DNA of 64,000 nucleotides from an uncultured Candidatus Binatia bacterium (GTDB taxonomy: Bacteria > Desulfobacterota > Binatia > UBA9968 > JAJDTQ01): positions 3,008,001-3,072,000 of the forward strand of contig OZ243916.1 in the NCBI GenBank assembly GCA_965213675.1, written 5' to 3'. Every line of letters starts with the position of its first letter. The stretch's first letter is position 1. The translations under genes and the position numbers were made by a program. The notes under the pieces were generated by a model. That model was not told the origin of the DNA, made no database searches, and saw nothing but the letters and a program-made list of their open reading frames with translations. Shown one piece after another: positions 19,476 to 30,621 of this stretch.

Positions 19476-19710
19476 CGAGAGGCAGAGAAAGGCCAGTTTC
19501 GGGCGGATTTGAAGAGAATATTGGTAGTATTGGACGAAAATCCAACCGGAAATGGACCCATTCCGCTGCCTCGCAGTAGATTCTTGATAAACCCCACAAG
19601 CTCCCGGCTCTCAGTCCGTGTCGTTCACGGACTTCTTCCCCGCGGGCGCTTCCACTCTACCGGTTCCGGACGGGAAACGGGTTGAACACCATGAACAGGA
19701 GAAACCGTCG

Positions 19711-21774
19711 ATGAACCGCCTGGCCAACGAAACGAGCCCGTATCTGTTGCAGCACGCCGGCAATCCGGTGGACTGGTACCCTTGGGGCGAGGAAGCCTTC
19801 GCCAAGGCGCGGGCGGAAGACAAGCCCGTCCTCCTGAGCATCGGCTACTCGGCGTGCCACTGGTGTCACGTGATGGAGCACGAGTCGTTCGAGAACGACG
19901 CCATTGCGGCGCTGATGAACGAGAGCTTCGTCAGCATCAAGGTGGATCGGGAAGAGCGTCCCGACCTGGACGAGATCTACATGAACGCCGTGCAGATGCT
20001 GACCCGTCGGGGCGGCTGGCCCATGACAGTGTTTCTCACTCCCGAGGGGAAGCCTTTCTTCGGCGGCACCTACTACCCGCCCGAGGACCGGCAGGGCATG
20101 CCCGGCTTCCCGCGCGTACTCCAGGCGGTGGTGGAAGCCTACCGGAACAAACCTCAGGACGTGGCCCGGAACGTCGACCAGATCGTCGCCGCGCTGGATC
20201 GCATGAGCGTGCTCAGCGAGACGGGGCGGGAGATGAGCGTGGAGGTGGTGACGGGCGGGGCCGAGGGACTCACGTCCGCCTACGACGCCGCCCATGGCGG
20301 TTTCGGCCGTGCGCCCAAGTTCCCCAACGCCGGCGTGTTCAACCTGTTCCTCCGCGCCTACCGCCTGTCGGGCAACCAGCGCTACCTGGAGATGATCACC
20401 GAGACCCTCCGGAAGATGGCCGAGGGCGGCATGTACGATCAGCTTGGCGGCGGTTTTCACCGCTACTCGGTGGACGACAAGTGGCTCGTGCCCCACTTCG
20501 AGAAAATGCTCTACGACAACGGTCAGCTCGCGCAGGTCTACGCCGAGGCCTACCGCATCACGGGGGACGGCTTCTTCAAGCGCATCGTCGAGGAAACCGT
20601 GGAATACGTGCTGCGCGAGATGTGCCAGCCGGAGGGGGGATTCTACTCCGCCCAGGACGCGGACAGTGAGGGGGAAGAAGGCAAGTTCTTCGTGTGGACG
20701 CGCGCAGATGTCCTGGACCTTCTTGGCAAAGAGCGCGGCGACGTGTTCTGCCGGGTCTATGACGTGAGCGACGTTGGCAACTTCGAGGGCAAGAACATCC
20801 TCCATCCGGTGCTGACCGTCGAGCAGGCGGCCCGATACTTTCGCAAGGAGGAACGGGAAATCGAGGCCATCCTGGCGAAGTGCCGGGCGGCACTGTTCGA
20901 GGAGCGAGAGAAGCGGGTCAAGCCGTTCCGGGACGAAAAGGTTGTTCTTTCGTGGAACGGCTTGATGCTTTCGGGCGTGGCCGCAGCCTACGCCATCACC
21001 GGCGACGCGCGCATCCGCGAGGCGGGCGCGCGCACGGTGGATTTCATCTGCACGCGCATGTTCGAAAACGGCCTGCTGCGGCACACCTGGAAGGACGGTC
21101 AGGCCAAGCTGCTGGGCTATCTCGACGACTACGCATTTTTCATCGCCGGCCTGTTGGACTTCTTCGAGGCGACCTTCGAGCCCGAGCTGCTGGAACGCTC
21201 CAAGGCATTGGTGCGAACCATGCTGGATGAGTTCTGGGATGACGAGAACGGCGGGTTCTTCTACACGGGGAAGTCCCACGAACAGCTCATCAGCCGGACC
21301 AAACCCGGGTTCGACAGCTCCATTCCCTCGGGCAACTCGGTGGCGGTCATGGACCTGCTGCGGCTCCACCACTACACAGGGGACCCGGACTTGCTCGACC
21401 GCGCTGGAAAGACCCTGCGCCTGCACTACGACGCCATGGCCAAGGAACCCTTCGGCCTGTCCAACATGCTCGGGGCGCTGGACTACCATCTCTCGCGGCC
21501 CGCGGAGATCGTGCTGGTGGCGGCCAGGGAGGATGAGGAGGCGCGCTCGCTGGCAGGCGAGATCCAGCAATGCTACCTGCCCAACAAGACGTTTCAGTGG
21601 GTGAGCCCCGATGCCCGGCTGGAGGAGATTTCGCCGCTGCTGGAAGGGAAAACGCAGATCGGCGGCAAGCCCACGGTTTACGTGTGCCGCAACTTTACCT
21701 GCGCGCCGCCGGTGACGGACTGGGAGGGGCTGAAACCGCTGCTGGAAGAGGAAACCGGGGGACATGACGGCTAG
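19711..21774 (+). CDS. Thioredoxin domain-containing protein (YyaL/SSP411, DUF255)
   Basis: [29 protein letters not shown] and [11 protein letters not shown] motifs; AGGAG RBS. Confidence 0.92.
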   Translation: MNRLANETSPYLLQHAGNPVDWYPWGEEAFAKARAEDKPVLLSIGYSACHWCHVMEHESFENDAIAALMNESFVSIKVDREERPDLDEIYMNAVQMLTRRGGWPMTVFLTPEGKPFFGGTYYPPEDRQGMPGFPRVLQAVVEAYRNKPQDVARNVDQIVAALDRMSVLSETGREMSVEVVTGGAEGLTSAYDAAHGGFGRAPKFPNAGVFNLFLRAYRLSGNQRYLEMITETLRKMAEGGMYDQLGGGFHRYSVDDKWLVPHFEKMLYDNGQLAQVYAEAYRITGDGFFKRIVEETVEYVLREMCQPEGGFYSAQDADSEGEEGKFFVWTRADVLDLLGKERGDVFCRVYDVSDVGNFEGKNILHPVLTVEQAARYFRKEEREIEAILAKCRAALFEEREKRVKPFRDEKVVLSWNGLMLSGVAAAYAITGDARIREAGARTVDFICTRMFENGLLRHTWKDGQAKLLGYLDDYAFFIAGLLDFFEATFEPELLERSKALVRTMLDEFWDDENGGFFYTGKSHEQLISRTKPGFDSSIPSGNSVAVMDLLRLHHYTGDPDLLDRAGKTLRLHYDAMAKEPFGLSNMLGALDYHLSRPAEIVLVAAREDEEARSLAGEIQQCYLPNKTFQWVSPDARLEEISPLLEGKTQIGGKPTVYVCRNFTCAPPVTDWEGLKPLLEEETGGHDG

Positions 21775-21877
21775 GAGCCTGCGCCGCAGGAATTTAGAGC
21801 GGTCCAGCTTCCAGGGGTCGGACCTTGGGCTGTGTTTCATGTAGCGTAACTTGTTGAATTAACTGCGGGATAACAAG

Positions 21878-22972
21878 ATGATGGACAAAATAAAAATAGG
21901 CGTCATCGGCGCCAACCCGACGCGCGGCTGGGGACCGCGGGCACATCTCCCTGCCATCGTGGCGAGCCGGGATGTCGAGCTGACGGCGGTGTGCACGACG
22001 CGAAGGGAGAGCGCGGAAGAATCGGCCGCCAAGTTCAGTGCGAAGCTGGCGTTCCATGACTATCGCGAAATGCTGGCATGTCCGGACGTCGAGGCGGTGG
22101 CGGTGCTATTGCGGGTGCCGCTCCACTACCAAGTGACGATGGACGCCCTGAACGCGGGCAAGCATGTCCTCACCGAGTGGCCGCTGGGAAGGACCCGCGC
22201 GGAGGCGGTGGAAATGCGTGACCTGGCCGAGGTCAAAGGCGTGAGGCACATGGTCGGCCTGCAGGCCAGGGCCAATCCCGCCATCGTTCATGCCAGGGAG
22301 TTGGTGGCAAACGGTTACGTGGGCGAAGTCATGGCGTGCCACGTGAGCGTCGCCCGTGGCGGCGTGCTGCAGCGTCCGTCGGATCGGACCTGGCAGGCGG
22401 ACAATGCGCTGGGCGCCACCACCCTGACCATCGCGTGCGGGCACACCATCGACGCACTCCGTTACGTGGCGGGAAACTTCAGTCTGGTGTCGGGCCTGGT
22501 CAGCACTCAGGCGCGCCAGTGGTACGAGACCGACACCCGGCGGTACGTGGACGTCACCGGCCCGGACAACGTGCTCGTGAGCGGCCGGCTGTCCAACGGC
22601 GCGGTGGCGTCGGTTCACGTAGCGGCCGTCCCTTTTGGCGTTGGTGGGTACCGCATGGAGATCTACGGGAGGGAGGGCACGCTGGTGGCATCGTCGGGCA
22701 ACACGCCGCAACTCAAGGTGGTGCGTCTTCAGGGCGCCCGTGGCGGCATTTCGGGTATCCAGGATCTGGAGGTGCCGGCCGACCGGATGCATGCGCCAGC
22801 GGAGACGCCCGAGGGAGAGCCCAGGAACGTGGGCGAAATGTACGTCCGGTTCGCCGACGCCATACGGACCGGCGGCAAGTGCGATCCCGACTTTAACGAC
22901 GCCGTGGACACGCACCGGCTTATCGACGCCATCGCGGAGGCGTCGGAAAAAGGTCGGGCAGTGACACTGTAA
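21878..22972 (+). CDS. Gfo/Idh/MocA family oxidoreductase
   Basis: IGVIGA, AGKHVLTEWPLG and GHTIDAL motifs. Confidence 0.88.
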   Translation: MMDKIKIGVIGANPTRGWGPRAHLPAIVASRDVELTAVCTTRRESAEESAAKFSAKLAFHDYREMLACPDVEAVAVLLRVPLHYQVTMDALNAGKHVLTEWPLGRTRAEAVEMRDLAEVKGVRHMVGLQARANPAIVHARELVANGYVGEVMACHVSVARGGVLQRPSDRTWQADNALGATTLTIACGHTIDALRYVAGNFSLVSGLVSTQARQWYETDTRRYVDVTGPDNVLVSGRLSNGAVASVHVAAVPFGVGGYRMEIYGREGTLVASSGNTPQLKVVRLQGARGGISGIQDLEVPADRMHAPAETPEGEPRNVGEMYVRFADAIRTGGKCDPDFNDAVDTHRLIDAIAEASEKGRAVTL

Positions 22973-23016
22973 CTTGCGCTCTCGCGAGTTCCTGCGGCGC
23001 AAGCTCCCAAGGCTGT

Positions 23017-24084
23017 TTAACGATGCGACGTGCGCCGTGTGGCTGCGGCGCGGGCGAGGTCTTCGAGCATGGGGACGGTGGTTTCCCAGTCGATGCAGGC
23101 GTCGGTCACGCTCTGACCATAGGTGAGCGGCGTGCCGGCGTCGATGTCCTGGCGGCCGGCGACGAGGTGGCTTTCCATCATGACGCCGCAGACGTTGTCG
23201 GAGCCCGAGGCGATCTGGGTGCACACGTCGGCGCATACTTCGGGTTGGCGCCGGTAGTCCTTCTGGCTGTTGCCGTGACTGCAATCCACCAGAATCCGGT
23301 GCGGCAGATCGGCGGCGCGCAGCGTTTCAGCGGTTTGGTCGATGACGCTCCGGTCGTAGTTGGGGCCGGCAGTGGAGCCGCGCAGGATGATGTGGCAACT
23401 CGCGTTTCCGGAGGTGGAGATGATCGCGGCGATTCCCTGATTGGTGACGCCGAGAAAATGGTGCGGGTGGTGCGCGGCGCGCACGCCGTCGATGGCGATC
23501 TGGATCGAGCCGCTGGTGCCGTTCTTGAAACCGACGGGCATGGAGAGGCCCGAGGCCAGTTCGCGGTGGACCTGGCTCTCGGCGGTTCGCGCGCCGATGG
23601 CGCCCCACGACACGAGGTCGGCGGTGAACTGCGGAGTGATGGTGTCGAGGAACTCGGAACCCGCTGGCACTCCCATGTTCGCGAGCTCCAGCAAGAGCCC
23701 CCGGGCTGTCCGTAACCCCTTGTTTATGTTGAACTGGCCATCGAGGTTGGGGTCGTTGATCAACCCCTTCCAGCCGACCGTGGTGCGCGGCTTTTCGAAG
23801 TAGACGCGCATGATGATGTAGAGGTCCTCGGCGAGTCGATGCGCTTCCCGTTGGAGCCGGCCGGCGTACTCCAGGGCCGCGTCCGTATCGTGAATGGAGC
23901 ATGGGCCGGCAACCACCAGCAGTCGTCGATCCCGTCCGTTGAGAATTTCGTCGATGTCGCGTCGCGCCTGGGTCACCGTGGCCGTGGCTTGGTGGGTAAT
24001 CGGCAGTTCCTCGTGGACCAAGGTCATTGGCGACACCAGAGGGCGCAGGTTTTCGATTCGGAGGTCGTAGGTAGTTCGTTCCAT
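23017..24084 (-). CDS. aroG: DAHP synthase, class I-alpha (AroG/F/H type)
   Basis: GPCSIHD, RVYFEKPRTTVGWKGLINDP, DCSHGNS and YGQSVTDACI motifs. Confidence 0.9.
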   Translation of the reverse strand: MERTTYDLRIENLRPLVSPMTLVHEELPITHQATATVTQARRDIDEILNGRDRRLLVVAGPCSIHDTDAALEYAGRLQREAHRLAEDLYIIMRVYFEKPRTTVGWKGLINDPNLDGQFNINKGLRTARGLLLELANMGVPAGSEFLDTITPQFTADLVSWGAIGARTAESQVHRELASGLSMPVGFKNGTSGSIQIAIDGVRAAHHPHHFLGVTNQGIAAIISTSGNASCHIILRGSTAGPNYDRSVIDQTAETLRAADLPHRILVDCSHGNSQKDYRRQPEVCADVCTQIASGSDNVCGVMMESHLVAGRQDIDAGTPLTYGQSVTDACIDWETTVPMLEDLARAAATRRTSHR

Positions 24085-24248
24085 GGCGTTAAGTGGGGTA
24101 TTTAACACAGTTTTTCAGGATAGGCGAATAAGCGAAACGGGCGAGCGGGCGCCGTCCCCGGAGGTGAGGCGGACGCGCGATTCAGCGGGATGGGATATAA
24201 TGGTGCCGGATGCGGGGGGAACGGACTCGGGCATCGGAGTCGTTGCGT

Positions 24249-25616
24249 ATGTATCGGGCGGATACCATTGCGGCAGTAGCGACGCCCCCGGGCGAAGGGG
24301 GAGTGGCCATGGTGCGTTTGAGCGGACCGGAGGCCAAACGCATCGCACTGGAGGTCCTTGTCGCGAAGGATACCCGTTGGGAATCGCACCGCCTGTACCA
24401 CGGGAGGGTACGGGACCCCGGCAGCGGCGCCGTGGTGGATGAGGTGATGTTTGCTTTCCTTGGGGAACCCCGGAGCTATACGGGCGAGGACAGCGTCGAG
24501 ATCTACTGCCACGGGAGCCCATTCGTGGTGCGGCAAGTGCTCGGAGTGACGCTCGCGCGCGGCGCGCGGCACGCGGAACCGGGGGAGTTCACCAAGAGAG
24601 CCTATTTGAACGGGCGATTGGATTTGCCTCAAGCCGAAGCGGTGTTGGATTTGATCCGCTCACGCACGGACAAGGCAGCCGGGGTCGCCTTGGGCCAGAT
24701 GGAAGGTGGCCTTTCGCAGGAGGTTCAGGCTCTTCGCGAACAATTGGTGGATGTTCTCGTGCAGGTGGAGGCGGCCATTGATTTCCCGGAGGAAGAGATC
24801 GAGCTGCTTCAGCGTGAGGCGTTGGGACGGAAGGTAGCCGGGGTGGCCAAACGGGTTGCCAGCCTTGCCGGCAGTTACGAATGGGGCCGTTTGATTCGTG
24901 AAGGCGTGCGCGTGTGCATCGTGGGCCGGCCCAACGTCGGCAAGTCGAGTTTGCTGAACGCGCTGCTGGGGGAGGATCGAGCCATCGTTACGGCCACGCC
25001 AGGCACGACGCGTGACTTCATCGAGGAGACGGTGAACGTCAACGGCCTGCCCGTGGTGCTGTGGGACACGGCAGGCATCCGGCACGGAACCCAAGGCGTG
25101 GAACAACTTGGCATCGACGTTACCCTCAGGAGGCTGTCCGAGAGTCAGGGGTGCATGCTGGTCCTCGACGGGTCGGCGCCACTTGGCCCCGAGGATATGA
25201 ATGTGATGGATCTCGTGCGCCATATGGCGGGCCTCGTGGTCGTCAACAAGTCCGATCTGGAAGAGTGCATTGAGCGCTCCGCGGTGACCCAGCGTCTGCC
25301 GCACCTGCGCCAAGTGGCGGTGTCGGCATTGACGGGGGACGGGCTGGATGCTTTGAGAGGTGCGTTGCGGGATTGCTTTCTGGAGTCAGTGGAGGAGCCG
25401 GAGGTCGTCGTGACGAACGTGCGTCACAAGGCGGCCCTGGACCGGGCGAAGGAGAGTCTCGTGGACGTGCATCGCGCCATCGCGCAGGGCCTTCCCGCCG
25501 ATATCGTGGCAGTGGATCTGCAAGGGGCGCGTGACAGCCTGGAGGAGATTGTCGGCACCGTCACCAATGAGGATATCCTTGACCGTATCTTCTCGCAGTT
25601 CTGTATCGGCAAGTGA
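24249..25616 (+). CDS. mnmE: tRNA modification GTPase MnmE
   Basis: DTIAAVATPPG, GRPNVGKSS, PGTTRD, DTAG and C-terminal FCIGK. Confidence 0.95.
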   Translation: MYRADTIAAVATPPGEGGVAMVRLSGPEAKRIALEVLVAKDTRWESHRLYHGRVRDPGSGAVVDEVMFAFLGEPRSYTGEDSVEIYCHGSPFVVRQVLGVTLARGARHAEPGEFTKRAYLNGRLDLPQAEAVLDLIRSRTDKAAGVALGQMEGGLSQEVQALREQLVDVLVQVEAAIDFPEEEIELLQREALGRKVAGVAKRVASLAGSYEWGRLIREGVRVCIVGRPNVGKSSLLNALLGEDRAIVTATPGTTRDFIEETVNVNGLPVVLWDTAGIRHGTQGVEQLGIDVTLRRLSESQGCMLVLDGSAPLGPEDMNVMDLVRHMAGLVVVNKSDLEECIERSAVTQRLPHLRQVAVSALTGDGLDALRGALRDCFLESVEEPEVVVTNVRHKAALDRAKESLVDVHRAIAQGLPADIVAVDLQGARDSLEEIVGTVTNEDILDRIFSQFCIGK

Positions 25617-25685
25617 CGGCCTCGCAAGTTCCGGAAGCGGGTCGCGCAGTTGGTCACAATCGCGCATCAGTCCATTAAGCAGGGG

Positions 25686-27584
25686 ATGTTTCACGTGAAA
25701 CAATCGTACCGAGGATCCGACAGGATCTACGACGTTATCGTTGTCGGCGCGGGGCATGCAGGAATCGAGGCCGCGCTGGTGGCGGCCCGTATGGGATTCG
25801 ACACCCTGATGTTGACGTTGAACCTGGACCATATCGGGCAGATGTCCTGTAATCCTGCCATCGGGGGAATCGGAAAAGGTCACTTGGTCAAGGAAATCGA
25901 CGCCCTTGGCGGTGAGATGGCACGGGCCATCGACGAGACCGGAATACAGTTCCGCGTATTGAACACCAAGAAGGGACCGGCGGTGAGGGCTTCTCGCGCC
26001 CAGGCCGACAAGGCCCAGTACCGCCAGCGGATGAAGCGCGTCGTAGAGCGGTGCGAGAATCTAAGCCTCAAGCAAGCGAGCGTGGAGCGGTTGTTGCACC
26101 ACGGTGGCAGAGTTGGCGGGGTGGAAACACAGATGGGGGAGGTGTTTGAAGCCAGGAAGACGATACTGACCACAGGTACGTTTCTTCAAGGCCTCATCCA
26201 TGTTGGGGACCGCAACTATTCGGGCGGTCGCGCCGGCGACTTCGCGGCCCAAGGACTCAGCAAGTCCCTCAGCGACCTGGGCTTGCGCCTCGGTCGCCTC
26301 AAGACCGGCACTTGTCCCCGGTTACATGCCGATTCCATCGACTATTCCAGGTTGAATGTCCAGCATGGGGACGAGAATCCGGTGCCGTTCTCCTTCGGCA
26401 CACCCCGCATAGACCAGCGGCAGATCCCTTGCCACGTCACCTATACCAGTCCAGACACCCACGACATCATTCGGGGCGCCATTCATCGTTCACCCATGTA
26501 CTCGGGAGCGATCCAGAGCCGAGGGCCACGCTACTGTCCCTCCATTGAGGACAAGGTCGTACGCTTCCCGGACAAGCAGCGTCACCAGATCTTTCTGGAA
26601 CCCGAAGGTCGCGATACCGTGGAGGTCTACCCCAACGGGATCTCCACCAGTCTACCCCTCGACACGCAGGTGGAAATGGTGCACAGCATCCAGGGCCTCG
26701 AGAACGCGGAGATCATGCGGCCCGGCTATGCCATCGAGTACGATTACGTGGAGCCTACGCAACTGAAGTCGAGCCTGGAAACCAAGGGCCTTGCCGATCT
26801 TTTCCTTGCCGGCCAGATCAATGGGACCACCGGTTACGAGGAGGCCGCGAGCCAGGGCCTCATGGCGGGAATCAACGCCTGCTTGAGCCTCCGAGGCGAG
26901 GAACCGCTCGTGCTGTCCCGCGACCAGGCGTACTTGGGTGTCCTGATCGATGACCTCGTCACCAAGGGGACTGACGGGGAGCCCTACCGGATGTTCACCT
27001 CCAGGGCCGAGTACCGCCTGCTGCTGCGCGAGGACAACGCCGATCTCCGGCTCACCGAGCTGGGCCATCGCATCGGTTCCGTCACGCCGGCGGCCCATGA
27101 TCGCACCGTTCAGAAGAAGGCAAGGATCGCACACTGGAGCGTGAAACTGGAGAATTTCCGCGTCAGTCCAACACCCGTTGTACAAGCGCAACTGAACGGC
27201 CTCGGCACCGCGCCCATTCGCAACAGCACGTCCTTGGCGCAATTGCTCCGCCGCCCAGAGATCACGTTCGCCGATCTTGGAGCGTTCTGCCACGAGTTGA
27301 CGGAGGTCCCCGCCGATGTGGCGCTCCAGGTGGAGGTGTCCGCAAAGTACAGGGGTTATGTTGATCGCCAGACGCAGGGTTTGAAACGCTTTCAGAAGCT
27401 GGAAAACGTGGTCCTGCCGGAGGATATCGATTACGGAACCATCGATGGGCTCTCACAAGAGATCAAGGAGAAGCTCACGCGCGTGCGGCCGCGTTCGTTG
27501 GGGCAAGCCTATCGGATCGCGGGAGTGACGCCGGCCGCGATCTCCGTGCTCTCGTTGTATGTGTACAAGTTGAAGGCAAGCTGA
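25686..27584 (+). CDS. mnmG: tRNA uridine-5-carboxymethylaminomethyl modification enzyme MnmG
   Basis: VGAGHAG, MSCNPAIGG, GPRYCPSIEDK and GQINGTTGYEEAA motifs; start ATG 25686 or GTG 25695. Confidence 0.95.
   Translation: MFHVKQSYRGSDRIYDVIVVGAGHAGIEAALVAARMGFDTLMLTLNLDHIGQMSCNPAIGGIGKGHLVKEIDALGGEMARAIDETGIQFRVLNTKKGPAVRASRAQADKAQYRQRMKRVVERCENLSLKQASVERLLHHGGRVGGVETQMGEVFEARKTILTTGTFLQGLIHVGDRNYSGGRAGDFAAQGLSKSLSDLGLRLGRLKTGTCPRLHADSIDYSRLNVQHGDENPVPFSFGTPRIDQRQIPCHVTYTSPDTHDIIRGAIHRSPMYSGAIQSRGPRYCPSIEDKVVRFPDKQRHQIFLEPEGRDTVEVYPNGISTSLPLDTQVEMVHSIQGLENAEIMRPGYAIEYDYVEPTQLKSSLETKGLADLFLAGQINGTTGYEEAASQGLMAGINACLSLRGEEPLVLSRDQAYLGVLIDDLVTKGTDGEPYRMFTSRAEYRLLLREDNADLRLTELGHRIGSVTPAAHDRTVQKKARIAHWSVKLENFRVSPTPVVQAQLNGLGTAPIRNSTSLAQLLRRPEITFADLGAFCHELTEVPADVALQVEVSAKYRGYVDRQTQGLKRFQKLENVVLPEDIDYGTIDGLSQEIKEKLTRVRPRSLGQAYRIAGVTPAAISVLSLYVYKLKAS
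25687..25702. promoter_or_regulatory. parS centromere site
   Basis: Perfect palindrome TGTTTCACGTGAAACA, the canonical parS consensus. Confidence 0.92.
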
Positions 27585-27709
27585 GGCCCGAGCCTACCAG
27601 GTCGCTTCCAGAACTGGTGTGGCGTTTCGACAAAATGTGGACCTGGAGGGTTGTAAATGACTGCGTCCGGCTCGTGGTTACCCACGGCCGTTGCCAGGTA
27701 ATCTGACCC

Positions 27710-28375
27710 GTGTCGCCGAGAAGCTTCCCGAGCAACGACCAACTCATGATCGAAGGAGCGAGATCCTTCGATCTTGAGTTGTCACCTCACCAGGTTGCGG
27801 CCTTTGCCAGTTATCGAGGCCTCCTTTCCGTGTGGGGTGGTCGGCTCAACCTCACGGCCATTTTTGAAGGCTCAATGGTCGCACGGTTGCATTTTCTGGA
27901 CTCGCTTGCGGTGGCGCCCCATTTGACCCCGACGGGCCCCGTGATGGACATCGGCAGCGGCGCTGGTTTCCCTGGGATTCCCATCAAACTCGTCTGTCCG
28001 GACAAAGCGGTCTACCTCGTGGAGCCGCGCCGCCGGCGTGCGAATTTCCTCCGGCACGTGATTCGCGAACTGCGGTTGACCGGGGTCCATGTGATCGAGA
28101 GCCGCCTTGAGGAGTTGCCGCGGGAAGACGTCCCGCCAATGATGGAGACGGTTACCCGCGGGTTCTCCGACATCCGTGGGTTCATCAAGACGAGTGGGAA
28201 GTTGCTCGACCGTGGCGGTCAATGCCTTCTGATGCAAGGTCCCAAGGGCCCTGCGACATTGGAGGACCTGCAGGGTTGGATCTCCCGATGCGGTTTCGTG
28301 GAGCACAGAACCCTTCAGTTCTCGTTACCCTTCGGGACTGAGCAACGAACAGTGATTGCTCTGAGCAAGGCGTGA
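27710..28375 (+). CDS. rsmG: 16S rRNA m7G527 methyltransferase RsmG
   Basis: LNLTAI, HFLDSL and DIGSGAGFPGIP motifs. Confidence 0.92.
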   Translation: MSPRSFPSNDQLMIEGARSFDLELSPHQVAAFASYRGLLSVWGGRLNLTAIFEGSMVARLHFLDSLAVAPHLTPTGPVMDIGSGAGFPGIPIKLVCPDKAVYLVEPRRRRANFLRHVIRELRLTGVHVIESRLEELPREDVPPMMETVTRGFSDIRGFIKTSGKLLDRGGQCLLMQGPKGPATLEDLQGWISRCGFVEHRTLQFSLPFGTEQRTVIALSKA

Positions 28376-28478
28376 CGGGATGGCGCTTGGCGGGGAGCCG
28401 ATGCCAGGAGCTTGCGCCCACGGGATTCACGGATGCAAATCCGTTTTCATCTTTCCCTTCGACGGCTCTGTTTCGTCA

Positions 28479-28494
28479 TGTTTCACGTGAAACA
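28479..28494. promoter_or_regulatory. parS centromere site
   Basis: TGTTTCACGTGAAACA, 80 bp upstream of parA. Confidence 0.93.
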
Positions 28495-28574
28495 GGCCCC
28501 TTCCCTTCAGTGAGCCCGCGTGTTACCATACCCTGTGCCCGGTCGTCACCTAACCTATTGAATATTAAAGAGTT

Positions 28575-29360
28575 TTGGGCAGGATATTCGCAATAGCCAG
28601 TCAGAAGGGCGGAGTTGGGAAGACCACCACCGCCGTGAATCTGGGAGCTTCCCTGGCCGTTGCCAACAAGCGCACGCTCTTGGTGGATATGGACCCCCAG
28701 GGCAACAGCACAACGGGTTTCGGGGTCGACCGGGAGGCGCTCAACAAGAGTATCTACGATGTGATGATCGAGGACTGTTTCGCTACCGAGGCGCTGTGTG
28801 CGACGGAACTCCCGCTTCTCTTCCTGTTGCCGGCCCACCGTGATCTTGTGAGCGCCGAACTGCAGTTGATGGACATGGAGAACCGCGTCGGCCGGCTCCG
28901 AAGTGCTCTGGATACTATCAAGAACCGGTTCGACTATGTGTTGCTGGATTGCCCTCCGTCCCTGGGGCTGCTCACACTCAATGCGTTGGTGGCCGCCGAT
29001 TCGTTGCTGGTGCCGCTTCAGTGTGAGTACTATGCCCTGGAAGGTCTCAGCGCGATTCTTGACACCATGAAACGCGTTCAGGGCGCGTACAATCCGGACT
29101 TGGGTCTCGAAGGCGTTGTCCTCTGCATGTACGACGTCCGCAGTAATCTTTCCGCGCAGGTAGCCGAAGATGTCCGCAGCCATTTTCCGCAACATGTATT
29201 CCAGAGTATCATTCCCAGAAACGTCCGCCTGAGCGAGAGCCCCAGTCACGGCAGGCCGGCCCTGCTTTACGACCCAAGGTCCAAGGGGGCACAGGCCTAC
29301 CTCGCTCTTGCTGCCGAAGTCATGGACCGCCAGAAGGAATCCATCCATGCAGAAGCCTAG
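28575..29360 (+). CDS. parA: Chromosome partitioning ATPase ParA/Soj
   Basis: QKGGVGKTTT, DMDPQGN, DCPPSLG and IPRNVRLSESPSHG motifs. Confidence 0.94.
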   Translation: MGRIFAIASQKGGVGKTTTAVNLGASLAVANKRTLLVDMDPQGNSTTGFGVDREALNKSIYDVMIEDCFATEALCATELPLLFLLPAHRDLVSAELQLMDMENRVGRLRSALDTIKNRFDYVLLDCPPSLGLLTLNALVAADSLLVPLQCEYYALEGLSAILDTMKRVQGAYNPDLGLEGVVLCMYDVRSNLSAQVAEDVRSHFPQHVFQSIIPRNVRLSESPSHGRPALLYDPRSKGAQAYLALAAEVMDRQKESIHAEA

Positions 29361-30210
29361 ACTGGGTCGCGGGCTCGACGCCCTGCTGCCGAAGAGCACT
29401 CCGACGGCGCGGGAGCCCGTGTCGGAGCGCGTGCCCACGGCGGTTCATCCTTCGTCGATCATCCCCAATCCGAACCAGCCTCGAAGGGTCTTTGACGACG
29501 CCAAGATCGACGAACTGGCCAAGTCCATCGACGCCAGTGGCATGTTGCAGCCCTTGGTCGTGCGCATGAGCCCCAACGGCTACGAGTTGATCGCCGGCGA
29601 GCGCCGCCTGCGCGCCGTCCAGCGTCTGGGACTCTCGGAAGTACCTGTAATCATTCATGAAACATCGGATCCCAGCACTCTGTTGCTGGCGTTGGTCGAG
29701 AACCTTCAACGCGAGGATCTGAATCCCATCGAGGAAGCAGCCGCCTTCGCGGAATTGCAGGAGCAGTTCAGCTTGACCCAGGAACAGGTCGCCGGAAAGG
29801 TAGGGAGAAGCCGTTCCGCGGTAGCCAATGCCCTGCGACTCCTGTCACTTCCCGACCAAATCAAGCAACATGTGGCGCGCCGCAAGTTACCCGCCGGCCA
29901 AGCCCGGGCGCTCCTTGCCCTGGACGATCGCAAGATGCTGGCGGCAGCCGCGAACGAGGTCATGGCCAAGGGCTTGTCCACCCGCGAAACCGAGGCTTTG
30001 GTCAAGCGGCTCAAGAGTCAGCGACGCCCCAAACCCGAAGATCGATTGGACCCCGATCTCACAAGTCTGATCGAGACGTTGCAGCGTCGCCTCGGCACCC
30101 GCGTCCGGCTGACGCATCGCGCCCGCGAAGGCAAGGGGAAGCTGGAGATTGAATACTACTCGCAGGACGACCTGGGGCGGATCACGGACATGATGATGGG
30201 GAACGTTTAG
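29347..30210 (+). CDS. parB: Chromosome partitioning protein ParB/Spo0J
   Basis: LGRGLDAL, LIAGERRLRA and ENLQREDLNPIEEA motifs. Confidence 0.95.
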   Translation: MQKPRLGRGLDALLPKSTPTAREPVSERVPTAVHPSSIIPNPNQPRRVFDDAKIDELAKSIDASGMLQPLVVRMSPNGYELIAGERRLRAVQRLGLSEVPVIIHETSDPSTLLLALVENLQREDLNPIEEAAAFAELQEQFSLTQEQVAGKVGRSRSAVANALRLLSLPDQIKQHVARRKLPAGQARALLALDDRKMLAAAANEVMAKGLSTRETEALVKRLKSQRRPKPEDRLDPDLTSLIETLQRRLGTRVRLTHRAREGKGKLEIEYYSQDDLGRITDMMMGNV

Positions 30211-30308
30211 ATTGGCACGGACTCGGAGCTGGGGGTCGCAATGTTCAGTGCGGCGTGTCATCTTTTTGACGGGCTGCGCCGTTCCGAGCGTTGAGTTCGG
30301 CGCCGTCT

Positions 30309-30337
30309 TTGACAAGGTCAGGCTCGGATGTTATAGA
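30309..30337 (+). promoter_or_regulatory. Putative sigma70 promoter of the atp operon
   Basis: TTGACA-N17-TATAGA with an extended TG. Confidence 0.55.
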
Positions 30338-30621
30338 CCCCTTTCGCAGCTGGCAGTTCAACGAGGTTGCCTGCGTCCGACTGCATGGGCAGACCCGCCC
30401 AAAGCGACCCGCTTGGGCCGGGTTTCGTGTAACTAGTGGAATTATCGGGGCTTTTACGTCGTCCGAACTGTGGTCGCGGCGGCATGCCATCGGCCAATCT
30501 GAGAGGGAACGACGGGCAAAGGCGCTGCCCTGACGACATTCGATTTACGCCATCTCGGAACTCGGACAGCCCGGATTTCCGGGGTGCTTCCGCCGTTCGT
30601 TTTCGGCACCCAACTCGCGGC

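Noticed and set aside
21833-21848. TGTTTCATGTAGCGTA as a third parS
   Set aside because: Only the left half matches and it is not palindromic.
30510-30540. GGGCAAA...GACG resembling a c-di-GMP-I riboswitch
   Set aside because: Lacks the GNRA-capped P2 and the GCAAAGC/P3 elements.
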